From NCBI RefSeq assembly GCF_035084215.1, contig NC_090348.1:31310001-31374000 (forward strand): DNA of 64,000 nucleotides, read 5' to 3'. The notes under the pieces were generated by a model. That model searched no databases. It was not told the DNA's origin and worked only from the letters and a program-made list of their open reading frames with translations. A program made the translations under genes and the position numbers. Positions 1 through 11,594 of the stretch are shown one piece after another (positions within the stretch are counted from its first letter, which is position 1; each line of letters opens with the position of its first letter). The DNA comes from Heptranchias perlo (taxonomy: Eukaryota).

Positions 1-237
1 TTGCTATTCTGTCCTTTCATCATCCCTATAGTTGAAATCACGACATACTCTAACTTAACCTTTTCCAGGACCTTAAAATTATGGATTTCAACTCCCTTCA
101 TTTTTCTTTTCACCTACATCTTCAGGCTTTTAAAATTCAAGCTTGGTATTATCTAATAACTACTTCCTCATTTATTTCCTCTATTCTTTTCATCCTTGGT
201 ATTATAGGCCTTGGTTTCTCTATTTAAAAAAGATCAC

Positions 238-1104
238 GGGCATGGTTTTGACCCCAAATCGGGAAGGGGGTGGGGGGCAAACTGTGGACGGTAAACCCGG
301 AAGCACATGTTTCCCGGACATCCGTACAATTTTGATGCAAGGGTGTCTTTTATTATTTTTTGTCGGTTTGCTGTCTGACTGACTGGCCAGATTGACAGGC
401 TGGTCTCAGTTGGACGGTAGACCAGCCAGGGAGAGGATGCCCTCAGGTAAATCTTTATTTGTATGGATTTGGGGGGGGGGGGGTGGCGGCGGCATAGGTC
501 GGCACCGGGGTCATCAGTCATGGGGGAAGGGATCGGGGGTCAGTCATGGGGGGGTGTTGGGATCGGAGTCATCGCGGGGTTCTGTCATCATTTGGGGGGG
601 GGGGGGGGAGGATCAGGGATTGGGGATCAGGAGTCCGGAAACCGTGTTCAGCGATGGGGGTCCGCTATCGGCGAGGTGGGGGGGGTAGAGTGTTCATGAT
701 CGTTTGGGGTTGGGGGGGGGGGGGGGGGGGGGTCCCTGCATGTAGGCTTGTTGGGCCTGGGGGAAGCACTGCTGCTCCTCCCAGCCCACAAGCTGTACCA
801 GAAAGGCACTTACCTGTTAGTCTCGGGCCTTCTCGCCTCCTTTCACAAGAAGTGAAAGAGAAGGCCCAGGAATCCTGGCCCCCCAAAGGTTGAAATCGGA
901 AACTGTGGAAAAATGGAGGCTCGAAGCCTGCTTGAAAGGTTTCAAGACCTGACCCGCCTCCTGGGAGCAGGTCGGTCGCCCGCCCCTCGTCCCACCCTGG
1001 TGATAACCAGAAATGGGCGGACTGGAGGCAGATCTGGAATGGTTGCAATTTTGAATGCCCCCCTGCCCCCAACCCACCCGTTTTTCACTGTTAAAATCAT
1101 GCCC
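238..1104. mobile_element. Non-autonomous DNA transposon/MITE, PIF/Harbinger-like
   Basis: Terminal inverted repeats GGGCATGGTTTTGAC (238) and GTTAAAATCATGCCC (ends 1104), 13/15 match. GC-rich, G-tract interior sharply delimited from AT-rich flanks. No clean TSD. Confidence 0.7.
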
Positions 1105-1489
1105 CTAGTGTCCAGGTTAAACAACTGTACATAATTCTGACATTTAACATTTAGAAATTGAAGGGTTCATTCTTTCAAATATACAGGTTATTTATTTCAT
1201 TCTATGTAAATACATATCACTGGAGATTAGAGGAAGTTGTGAAAATCTAACAAAGGAATTCTATGTTGACAGCAAGCTCTGAGGTACAGAATCATGGGCA
1301 AAAATGCAACTGGAGTCCTAAAAAGAGATTGGTGTTGGTCCCATTTTTAAAAACCAGAAAATACAAATATCCTGGTAACCTTCTCTGGTTGGTTAGATTT
1401 AGCCTTCACGCCACATTCAAATGTAAGTAAGTTGCTCATTGGCCTCTTAACCAACTGGATGAGTAAGAGAACATCATTGCTTGACTGTT

Positions 1490-1835
1490 GATTCAGAGAA
1501 GAGCAAAAGGATGACTCCAGGACTCAGAGCTCTATGTTATGAAGAGAGACTCACACAGCTCATCTAGTTTTCATTGTAGAAAAGGAAAACTATGGAAGAC
1601 AAAACCTTTTAAACGCTGAGAAGAATATGATAATGCGGATGCAAGCGGGCTGCTCAATTTTCACTAAGTAAAGAACTTTAGGTTATAAGACTTAAAATTA
1701 ACAAGCCTCGGCCAATACTGAAGTTGGGAAGAAACTTCCCCCCCACTCCCAGATTAGTGGATGCTTAGATCAGAGCAGTTTGCAAGAGCAGTTGGTGTTA
1801 TGAGGTCCTTCAAAAGAGAACTGGATAAATACACA
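1490..1835 (+). mobile_element. Highly decayed CR1 LINE 3' fragment
   Basis: Degenerate match to the CR1 RT C-terminal region seen in better copies here (gttatgaagagagact, ccttcaaaagagaactggataaatac). Confidence 0.55.
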
Positions 1836-1849
1836 AACAAAAAAAAACT

Positions 1850-1966
1850 TTAGATGCTGGAAATCTGAACCAAAAACAGAAAATCTTGGAAAAACACAGG
1901 TCAACCAGCATCTGTGGAGAGATTCAGATCAGTTAACGTTTTCGATGTGGACCATTCGTCAGAAGG
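1850..1966 (-). mobile_element. Short Penelope pLTR-derived element with hammerhead core
   Basis: Homologous to 50036-50168. Minus strand reads CTGACGA-atggtccacatc-GAAA-acgttaac. Confidence 0.65.
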
Positions 1967-2348
1967 AATATAACAAAGGGAAGACGGAGGGGATAAAACA
2001 AAAAAATACATGTTTGAAAACACAATTGGTAGTTATACGAAATGCTGGAAATACACAGTAGGTCAGTTGATATCTGAAAAAGATGAATTAATAATTCAGC
2101 TGAGTATACACCAGAGCTATAAATTATTACATAGAAATTACAGCAGCGAAACAGGCCAGTCTGTGTGAGTGTTCAGCCTCCACATGAGCAGTCGTCTCTA
2201 ATTCTGAAAAAAAATCCATCAAATCTGCATTTGAATGAATCAATACTAACTGCTTTCACTGTCTCACTAGGGAGTCTGTTTGTAAATTGACCACTCACAA
2301 CATTATCCTAACAGCATCAACCAGAAACTCCCAAAAAATAACACTTAC

Positions 2349-2449
2349 ATTCCCTCTGCTACGCACCAACCACAATAAGGATCTCTAGATGCAATGCAAG
2401 AATCACAACTTTTGTAGCTGATGCATTCCTGTACTGGTAGACGAGCGAC
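2349..2449 (-). CDS. PLXNB2: Plexin-B2-like coding exon 4 (start of PSI domain); not in the ORF track in this frame
   Basis: Acceptor ttatatttcag|GTC, donor AT|gtaagt, 101 nt, phase 0-2. Translates [33 protein letters not shown], with the PSI signature C..Y..C..C...DPYCGWC. Confidence 0.93.
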
Positions 2450-3346
2450 CTGAAATATAAGTTTTCAAAAAAAAAGGTAAAACTGAAATTCTGCACATTT
2501 TGAAATACAGAAATTGAAGTTGTTAAAACAGAACTACTATTCACTGCAAAATGAGTCGAGGTACAACAAGAAATCTCAAAACATTCTTTCAATTTGTTTT
2601 GCAACAATTCTTACCACACTGGTGAGCTGGCAGCTATAGAAAAAAAGCGCCATATTTACACTGTTGTCAAGTCAACAACTTAGACAGATTTCACATCATT
2701 TCTGACTTTGTTGAATGCAAGGCATGCATCTCTATAACATGCACCTGAAGATGAGGGGATGATATATGATGTGCTGTGGCAATACCATTCTTAAATCATC
2801 TGCAAGAAGCACACGAGTGGCCCTGAATTCCTCTCCCTCAATCCCAGTCAATGGCTCAGATCGATTGGTTACTCTGTATGTATCAGAGGCTTGAGGCCTT
2901 ATATTTAAATATTTACCTGATGTGGCAGTTCTTTTTGCTGGATGTCCACAGAGCTTCTCGGGCCTATCTCTCTCTCTTTCTGGTGGCTACAGACTGACTA
3001 AATGTTAGACTACGGAATATGTTTCAAAAAATTGATCAGGGCAGAACAAATTTAAATTGATGTGTCTCAAATTGAAAATTTGTCTCAAACTCAAAAGAGC
3101 TATCAAATATATTCAAATAAAATCCACAAGATGCTTGTATTTGAATTGAGTGACTTGCCCTCTGCCTTAGATAGCTGCGCCAGGCAATAACTTCTGGTTA
3201 TGTATCAAAATAAGATGTGTTATTTTCTAGTGAACCTGGTTTTAACCCCAATACCATGATTCACTATGAAGAAAAATGTTTAAATTTTGTTTTGGAACAA
3301 AAATATGACTCAAATAGAAATATTAGAAGATAAAATAATGTATTAC

Positions 3347-3469
3347 CGTTTTCTCAGTCATGACATACAGATAATCTCTTTTTGCATCGAAAACAAGGTC
3401 ACTGTTCACCTGGCTGCTCGGGTTCATAGAAATAGTTTGATAATCTTCTGCTGTTCCATCTAGAAATAC
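3347..3469 (-). CDS. PLXNB2: Plexin-B2-like coding exon 3 (end of Sema domain); not in the ORF track
   Basis: Acceptor ctatccaacag|GTA, donor ACG|gtaata, 123 nt, phase 0-0. Translates VFLDGTAEDYQTISMNPSSQVNSDLVFDAKRDYLYVMTEKT, the plexin DL.F....LYVMT pattern. Confidence 0.9.
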
Positions 3470-5420
3470 CTGTTGGATAGTGAACATTTATAACTGTTGT
3501 GTAAGAAACAAGTGATCGGCAGCATCACAACCATATAATGATTTACAGCTAATAGAAGGAAATATCTCCATACTTGGGGTGGTTATTCTGTATTGTGTTA
3601 TGACTAAAAGTAAAACTTCCATTAGCGATAGAGAAACTTTAATGTCTGATATAATATAATCTTTACACATATCACCATAATGTTCATCCTATCCCTCCAT
3701 CCTTACCCTCTGAACTACCTCTGTCTAAAGTTTTAGAGACTATCAACTTTCAAATTACTCATCTTGAAAGACCTGGCCTAATCTATGATCACTGGTGGCA
3801 TGCCACTGCACTAGTGATCTTCATACCCATGTTATATACTTTTGGCACATGGCTCTTTGAACTCTGGTTTTATTAGTCACCAACTTAAGCATCTCCAAAA
3901 TCTTCCATAGGGTGTGCCACTGTACACTTATAAACCTAAGCCATCTAGTTTCCCCAAGTCATTCCGGCTGCGTAGTTGATGTCTGGTTCTCTCTTTCTTT
4001 CTCCCTGATTCAACTCAGGGATTTGTGAAGGCTCTATTGTCTCTTCTCACTATCAGTGACTATCTCACCTCAACAACCAACTCTATTTTCATCCTTTTGT
4101 TCCGCAGTTAGCACACCTCAATTGCTCTCAATACAAGGGCTAAAACATTATATCCTGATCTCTGTTAATGCTACACGTCGAAGATAATAATCAGTAACAA
4201 TTCAGAGCTGTTTAACGTTCAGCCATTTTCAACTATCCATATGCAGTCCTAATCATACAAAACACTTCCAGGTCAAAGAACTTCCTGTTCTTAAACACAG
4301 ATACAGAGTTACACCAATATTGATAATCTCCCTCCTGAAAAGAAAATAAACCTTTAACTAAGAATAATCCAAGAACCAAAGTCCAATAGTTCCATTATGA
4401 ACAATATAAATTAAGTCACTGGTAAATAAACTCATTGTTTTGTTCTACTCTACCACAGTTGTTAAGAGTAGCAGGCTTGTTATTCATAGCATTGATAGCA
4501 GCTCGTTTCATGAAAGATTCCAGTTGCAGTACTGGATCAGTGATTTGTTCATTACCAAACATGGTCTTTCCTTCTGTTGCGATGGAGGTTTGTTCACTGT
4601 GGACTGTTTGAGTAGCTCCACTTCTATTTCTCTCCATGAATTACAGTTTGATTTTCCACAGGTGTCTTTTCCCCACCCCCCCACCCAGAGATCTTTCCAT
4701 TTTCAGTTCTTATCCTGTAGGACCTGAAATCCAGTTGCTATTCCTACACTGGTATTCTGTTGGTTGAATTCTGACAGCTTATTCCTCTCTAAGCTTATTA
4801 AGTTCTTTGATATCTTTACTGCAGAGCTGGGCCTGTTTGACCTTGAGCTTTGGCTTTTTTTTTAACATCGCTTACTATCCTCAGTTTCAAAAGTCGGCCT
4901 GCTGCAGGGAGGGTGCCTTGTTTTGTTTGCCAAATAGACTTTGAGCTGGTGAGAAGTCCAGTATCTCACTTGGCGCACTGCATCATTTGCAAAGAGTAAA
5001 CGAAGGATCAGTGCCAAACACTTGTGCCTTTTCTAGGCATACAATTTTAACAGTGTTCTCTACGTTGCCATTTGACAGTGGATACCTTGGTGAGCTTGTG
5101 ACATGATGGAACAGTGAGTTCAAATGCATGGAATTCCCTTGAACTAAATGGCGGTCTGTTGTCTGATATAACCTCATTTGGAATTCCATAGCATGCAAAA
5201 TGAGCTGTCACCTTATAACTGCTTTCCATTTTTTTAAATAGACAAACGTTTTTTAAAAAAAACAATCAGCAACACAGATAGTTTCTTCCATTCACTTTTA
5301 AAGATCACACCCTATTTTCTCCCAGGGCCTTTCTGGAATTTGATGGCTAATAAGCAATTCCTTTTGCTGTTTAACTTGAAACTTCTTGCATTTAGAAACA
5401 TACCTATCTAGGTGTGATAT

Positions 5421-7220
5421 CAACAACAACTTGCATTTATATAGCGCCTTGAACGTAGTAAAACATCCTAAGGTGCTTCACAGGAGCGTTAACAAACAAA
5501 ATTTGACACCGAGCCACATAAGGAGATATTAGGACAGGTGACCAAAAGTTTGGTCAAAGAGGTAGGTTTTAAGGAGCAACTTAAAAGGAGAGAGATTGGA
5601 AGGTGGAGAGATTTACGGAGGGAATTTCAGAACTTAGGGCCTAGGCAGCTGAAGGCTCGGCCACCAATGGTGGAGTGATTAAAATCAAGGATGCACAAGA
5701 GGCAAGAATTGGAGGAGCGCAGAGATCTCTGAGGGTTGTAGGGCTGGAGGAGGTTACAGAGATAGGGAGGGGCGAGGCCATGGAGGGATTTGAAAATCAG
5801 GATGAGAATCTTAAAATCGAGGCATTCATGGACCAGGAGCCAATGTAAGTCAGCGAGCACAGGAGTGATGAGTGAATGAGACTTGATGCAAGTTAGGATA
5901 CAGGCAGCAGAGTTTTGGATGAGCTCAAGTTTTTGGAGAGTGGAAGATGGGAAGCCAGCCAGGAGAACATTAGAATAGTCGAGTCTAAAGGTAACAAAGG
6001 CATGGATGAGGGTTTCTGCAGATGAGCTGAGGCAGGGGCAGAGACGGGTGATGTTATGGAGATGGAAGTTGTCGGTCTTGGTGACGAAGCAGATATGCGG
6101 TCAGAAGCTCATCCCAGGGTCAAATCGGACGCCAAGGTTGTGAACGGTCTGGTTCAGCCTCAGACAGTGGCCAGGGAGAGGGATGGAGTCGGTGGCTAGG
6201 GAACGGAATTTGTGGCAGGGACCTATGACAAGTTTTTGGTCTCCCCAATATTTAGTTGGAGGAAATTTTTGCTGATCCAGTACTGAATGTCGGACAAACA
6301 GTGTGACAAATCAGAGACAGCAGAGGGGTCGGGGAGGGGGTGGTGAGATAGAGCTGGGTGTCGTCAGCGTACACGTGGAACTGGACATCCTGTTTTCGGA
6401 TGATTTCACCGAGGGGCAGCATGTAGATGAGAAATAGGAGGGGGCCAAGGATAGATCCCGGGGGACTCCGAAGGTAACAGTGCGGGAGTGGGAAGAGAAG
6501 CCAATGCAGGTAATTCTGACTACGACTGGATAGATAAGAATGGAACCAGGTGAACACAGTCCCACCCTGGATAGAAGGAGGCGAGGTGTTGGAGGAGGAT
6601 GGTGTGGTCAACCGTGTCAAAGGCTGTAGACAGGTCGAGAAGGATGGGGGAGGGGGCAGGGGGATAGTTTACCATGGTCACAGTCACACAGGATGTGACT
6701 CTGATAAGGGCCGTTTCAGTACTGTGGCAGGGGCGGAAACCTGATTGGAGGGATTCAAACACGGAGTTGCGGGAAAGATGGGTATGGATTTGTGAGGCAA
6801 CAACACATTCAAGGACTTGAAAGGAAAGGAAGGTTGGAGATGGAGTGGTAGTTTGCAAGGACTGAGGGGTCAAGGGTGTGTTTTTTGAGGAGGGAGGGGA
6901 TGATGACAGCAGATTTGAAGGGGAGGGGGGGCAGTACCTGAGGAGAGGGAACCGTTAACAATATCAGCTAACACACAGGCCAGGAAGAGAAGTTGGGTGG
7001 TCAGCAGTTTGGAAGGAATAGGGTCAAGGGTGCAGGAGTTGGGTCTCTTGGTCAAGATGAGCTTGGAGAGAGCATGGGGAGATAGGAGAGAAACTAGAGA
7101 AAGATGCACGTTCAGGGCTAGGGCAGGGGGGAACCGTAGGAGAAGTTTGGCTTGGTGGGCTAGGGGAAGGGAGGGAAGCGGCAGAGGCAGCTGAACGGAT
7201 GGTCTCAATCTTAGTGACAA
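5421..7220 (-). mobile_element. L2-clade LINE, 5'-truncated, frameshifted RT
   Basis: RT motifs QSGFRPCHSTETAL, LLDLSTAFDTVDH, GSILGPLLFLIYM, YADDTQLY, LHWL. L2 3' tail (aaggcgctatataaatgcaagttgttgttg) ends at 5421. Confidence 0.92.
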
Positions 7221-8072
7221 ACCACATCCTTGTTCATCAGATGCAAGTAAACCATTTCTCTAACTCTCCGAGGATAATGGTGTGTTCTGATGTGCACTTC
7301 CTCTTCCCTCATACTAAATGGTACGAATACTCAAACACCTTTGAATATCAAATCAATAGTGATCTGGGTTGGTACTTCTCTTGTATCAGGCTATGCGTTG
7401 CTAAATGGTTTTCTAAATTTCAGATCTTCATCTACTCCAGGAACATACTGAATTTCGATCAGGCAAGATTGTAGCATATTGATGGTTTCTCTCTTTTTTT
7501 TGTTCCTAAATATGCATTGACTGTCATAACTACCTTATTGTCAACTCTTCTGGTCATATGATGTATATACACTCTACTTAGCAGGTAAGAAAGGAACATC
7601 TCCTGGCTCCTCGTGTCTACAAGATCCAATTTGCATTTTTGAAGCTGGAAGATCATTCAAATTTTTTAGTTACCTTAATCAGTTTCTTTTTTTAAAAAAG
7701 TTTGTGATCACTGTTTACAGTAATTTTCTTTTTGCAAAGATATTATTCAAATTTCTCTAAACCAAAACAATAGCTAATACTTCTTTTTCAATCGGAGCAT
7801 AACTTCTCTCAGTGAAGTGTTAGAATCCTGAAGTTCTTTGCAATTTCGAACATCAAACAATTTATCGTATTCATTCTCAGGTAGAAAGGTGACAATAGCA
7901 GCATAATCTAACTGAAAGCGGACTTGCTTGTTTTTGAACATGTATTTTGTTAAGACACTGATCATCTATAAATCCAACAATTTCAAGCAAGACAATGTGA
8001 TCTACATCTGAGTCACAAATAGCTGCATCTGCAACTTGTAGCCGTTGTTTTCTTTGGTTCTTATCAAATCCT

Positions 8073-8635
8073 ATAGCACAGAAGGAGGCCATTTGGCTCA
8101 TGCCGGCTCTCTGAAAGACCTATCCAATTATTCCCATTCCCCTGCTCTTTCCCCATAGCCCTGCAATTATTCCTTTTCAAATACCTCTACAATTCCCGTT
8201 TGAAAGTTACTACTGAATCTGCTTCCACCACCCTTACAGTTAATGCGTTCCAGATCATAACAATTCGCTGTGTAAAAAAAAAATCCTCCCTCCTCTGGTT
8301 CTTTTGCCAATTATCTTTAAATCTGTGTCCTTTGGTTACCGACCACCCACCAATGGAAACAGTGTCTCATTTACTCTATCAAAACCCCTCATAATTTTGA
8401 GCACTTCTTTTAACTCTCTCCTTAACCTTCTCTGCTCTAAGGTGAACAATCCCAGCTTCTCCAGTTTCTCCACATGACTAAAGTCCTTCATCCCTGGTAC
8501 CATTCTAGTAAATCTCCTCTGCACGATCTCGAAGGCCTTGATATCTTTCCTAAGGTGTGATGCCCAGAATTGGACACAATATTCTAGCTGAGATCTAGCT
8601 AGTGATTTATAAACGTTTACCATAACTTCCTTGCT
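8073..8635 (-). mobile_element. CR1 LINE 3' fragment
   Basis: LEYCVQFWASHLRKDI...LEKLGLFTLEQRRLR plus CR1 3'UTR. Confidence 0.9.
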
Positions 8636-9689
8636 CTAATTTCTGGACTTTGGACACTTGGCTAAGAAATGGTTCTGCTCGTTACATAATATCTAATTTA
8701 GACCACAAGTGGGAAAAGCTTCTTTCATTTTGACATTCTCAAAACTATTTGCAGTCTATTTCAGGAGCTTTCTAAAATTTCTTGGCTTTCACATCTGGAG
8801 TCACCTCCTCTTCTTTGAGAAATGTTGCACTTCTTCATGAGTACTTACTTCTTTCAATTACTTTGCTGTCGATTCACTAGCTTCATACATGTTATTGTAA
8901 GCAATCAATGCCAATTTGGTTTGATCTAAAAGTTTCCTCCTTACCTTTGGTCTGCTTTCCAATAACTATTTTGCCTCTGATTAGTTCCTTCTGGAGCCCC
9001 ATCTTATGTGCTCCAGCTAATGTGTGAAGGCTTGCTAGATACTATTGTCTCATTAGAATCTTGGTCCCGATTGTTGAAAATATGGTATTTATAGGTTTCA
9101 TTAGCTTCTCTAACACAGAATTTTTCCTCAACCTCAACGTCAATCTCACCTTAAATGTTTTCAGTTTGAAACTGATGAAGTATTTTCAGCGCTTCTCTGC
9201 CCATACCAATAATCAGTGGAGCAGTTGTTTCTTTGGCTACTAAATGAAACATAATGCAATTTTGTAGTTCTCCTTTAATCTCTTAAAACTTTTCCTGTTG
9301 CTGTCTAGATTACCTGAATTCTCCAATTTTGCTAATATGTTTTGTATAATAAATTCACAGAAATGTATGGTGGCTACATTGCTGGTGCATAACATTTTAA
9401 TTATTAATTTTAATTGCCAATCCTGAACCAGCTGCAACCACTTTTCAGTGACTGCTATTCACTCAAGATTTTCTATTTTAATTAATGGTTTGAACTTTGC
9501 AATTTTATTTCTCATACTCTTTGCATTTTGTTTGGATCTCTTGGTTCAATTTTTTTTTGCCTTCCCACATCCTGATTTATTTCTAAACTATTTTGGCCTG
9601 TTTCAACTTTTCTGACTCCTCACTGGCCATGTAGAGCTAAAGCTTATTTTCCCTTCCAAGCTACTCTCTTACTTTTCCCCTCCACCGTT

Positions 9690-9830
9690 TCAGGCATAGG
9701 CTATCCCATTGGTACAGCTCTTTCCTGCTCAGAACTGGTTCTAATGCTGCAGGAATCTGAATCCTTCCCGCTTACACCACATATTAACCTACCTAATTTG
9801 GCTGGCTAGTGTGGCTGGCACTGGCAGTAA
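9690..9830 (-). mobile_element. CR1 ORF1 (esterase C-terminus) relic
   Basis: Minus strand translates WCKREGFRFLQH*NQF*, a decayed form of the CR1 ORF1 motif WC..EGF.FL.HW..FW. Confidence 0.55.
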
Positions 9831-10708
9831 ACCCAAGATTAAATACCATATTTTAGGTTTATCTTAGTCTTCTTTTCCTCCTACAAATTACAAGCTTTTA
9901 AAACCCAAGCTTGTTGCCTCCTCACTATTGTTTCCTGACTGGGCCTTTTTGTTACGCTTCTATCTTGGCAGCATACTTCACCCAGGTTTCTCAATTTTAG
10001 AAAAATTACATCTGCCGAGGAAAGGAGTAGAATAGGCATTGTGCAGGGAATGGGAAGAGAACAAAGAAAGAGGTTGTGGTCATGCAATACTGCAAGTTCT
10101 AGCTTTTTTCAATTTTATTTTTTTCCCTGGAGCATATGAACAGTTACTGCATAATGCTTAACACCACAGAGTTCTCTTGGAGGCTGTGGTTTTAAAAGTG
10201 ATGACCATTGCTGCCTAAGTTTAATTTATTACTCATATCCAGTAGGTTTGTCACACTTAGCCAAGGAAAATCTACTTTTATTCAAGAAGGAACAGAAGCT
10301 AGTCAACATATTTGTATTTTTGTGTTGACTTTTTCCACAAGTTATATTCTAATGTTCATTCCAACTCCCTATATAAAATCAGAAAGTGATAGCTCATCTT
10401 TAATCAAAGAGGATTCTATAGTAAATACAAAATAAAATATGCCTTTAGCATTGATACAGAATAAGGAAAAGTGGAACTGGTCACAAAGAATCAGATCCAA
10501 AATGTAGAAAAAGAAACAGTGAAAAACTGGAGACAGGGATAAGCACACTGATATCATGTGAGAGGTAGCAAAGGTCCTGCTTTCTTTTCTTTCCAAAGTA
10601 ATAGAAAAGCTGCTCCCAGCTCAGCGATGAGTTGAAATTTCCAGGACAGATCCCATTCATGTTTTAAAAAAAATATATAAAAGAGGGAAGTTTCCCCTAA
10701 AGTCTTAC

Positions 10709-10888
10709 CTTATGAATTTCTCCTTTGATGTTGCCTAAAAAGGCAACTGTATTTTCATTCTCCACGGTCACAGCTATTGCTGATAAATTAGTACCATACT
10801 GTTTCATTGATTGAGCAGTAACACCCCCTGTACTTGCAATGGGGTATGGAAGATGTTCACTACTGCAAGGATACAACTTTGCTTGTCC
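10709..10888 (-). CDS. PLXNB2: Plexin-B2-like coding exon 2 (Sema domain)
   Basis: Acceptor ttttttattgctacaccag|GGA, donor AAG|gtaaga, 180 nt, phase 0-0. Peptide GQAKLYPCSSEHLPYPIAS...LSAIAVTVENENTVAFLGNIKGEIHK matches the plexin-B2 pattern PCGSEHLPYPL...TVAFLGT. Confidence 0.93.
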
Positions 10889-11181
10889 CTGGTGTAGCAA
10901 TAAAAAAGGAATGAACGTTAGCTTTAATTTTCATAAATCAATACAGTTGAGTAAACAGAAAAATTCCCCTCAGTGCTAATAATTGAGTAATTAAGAGCTT
11001 TTGAATACATTATTTAAATGAGATATCTTCTGAAAAAGTGTTTGGAAAATCCTTTTTGTACCAGTTAGCAACCATACAATAATATTAAAATTCATCTGGT
11101 CATTTATGCATTATGTGGCTCCCCAATCTTATTTCCCTTCCTTGTAAAAAAAATAATCTGAATATATTTTCAAGGCACAGT

Positions 11182-11315
11182 GGGCAAAAATTAAACTTCA
11201 AAGGGGGTGTAAAATGGGTGGTAGCGGATCGGCAACCCATTATACACCCTGCCTGTGTTTCCTTTCCATCCTCTACCGCCCATTTTATGTCCCCTCCGAA
11301 GTTGAAATTTTGCCC
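11182..11315. mobile_element. 134-bp palindromic MITE with 3-bp TSD (Harbinger-like)
   Basis: TIRs GGGCAAAAATTAAACTT and AAGTTGAAATTTTGCCC. Inverted symmetry continues inward (taaaatgggtggtag / ctaccgcccatttta). Flanked by the direct repeat AGT at 11179-11181 and 11316-11318. Confidence 0.85.
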
Positions 11316-11594
11316 AGTGCCTCTTAAGTTGGCACATTCCTAAGAATCCCAAGTAATAAGCTGATGATAGAAATTGGTGTAAAATGGCAATAGAGTGTAC
11401 ATTGTATATTACAATGCACAGAAGGCATTTGAGGAAAGTCTCAGTTGCAGCAAAAGTGAAATCTGCGAAGCTAAAAGGGAACTCATCTTCTTTGCCTCGC
11501 ATGAACATCTCTGATCTTAACTCCCATCAAGTTGCCTTCACTGGCTAAGGGAAGAAAACATGCACTTTTCACGAATGATGTTGAAATAGCTAAG

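Larger units (their letters stand above)
4700..9440 (-). mobile_element. Decayed Ty3/Gypsy LTR retrotransposon internal region (gag-pol relic), interrupted by L2 and CR1
   Basis: Minus-strand order: gag N-terminus (LENSGNLDSNRKSFKRLKENYKIA, ~9300); zinc knuckle (ILCNEQNHFLAKC, ~8660-8700); protease-like (VRFQLDYAAIV, ~7900); RNase H end (SQEMFLSYLLSR, ~7590); integrase (HQIPERPWEKIGCD ~5330, YGIPNEVISDN, HVTSSPRYPLSNG ~5070-5190). Confidence 0.8.

Noticed and set aside
143-1134. Cluster of overlapping Gly/Pro-rich ORFs
   Set aside because: By-product of G-tracts in a GC-rich MITE; no domain motifs.
1-2340. Next PLXNB2 exon (rest of the PSI domain)
   Set aside because: I could not find a C....C...W.W-type exon with splice sites here; it probably lies beyond the window edge.
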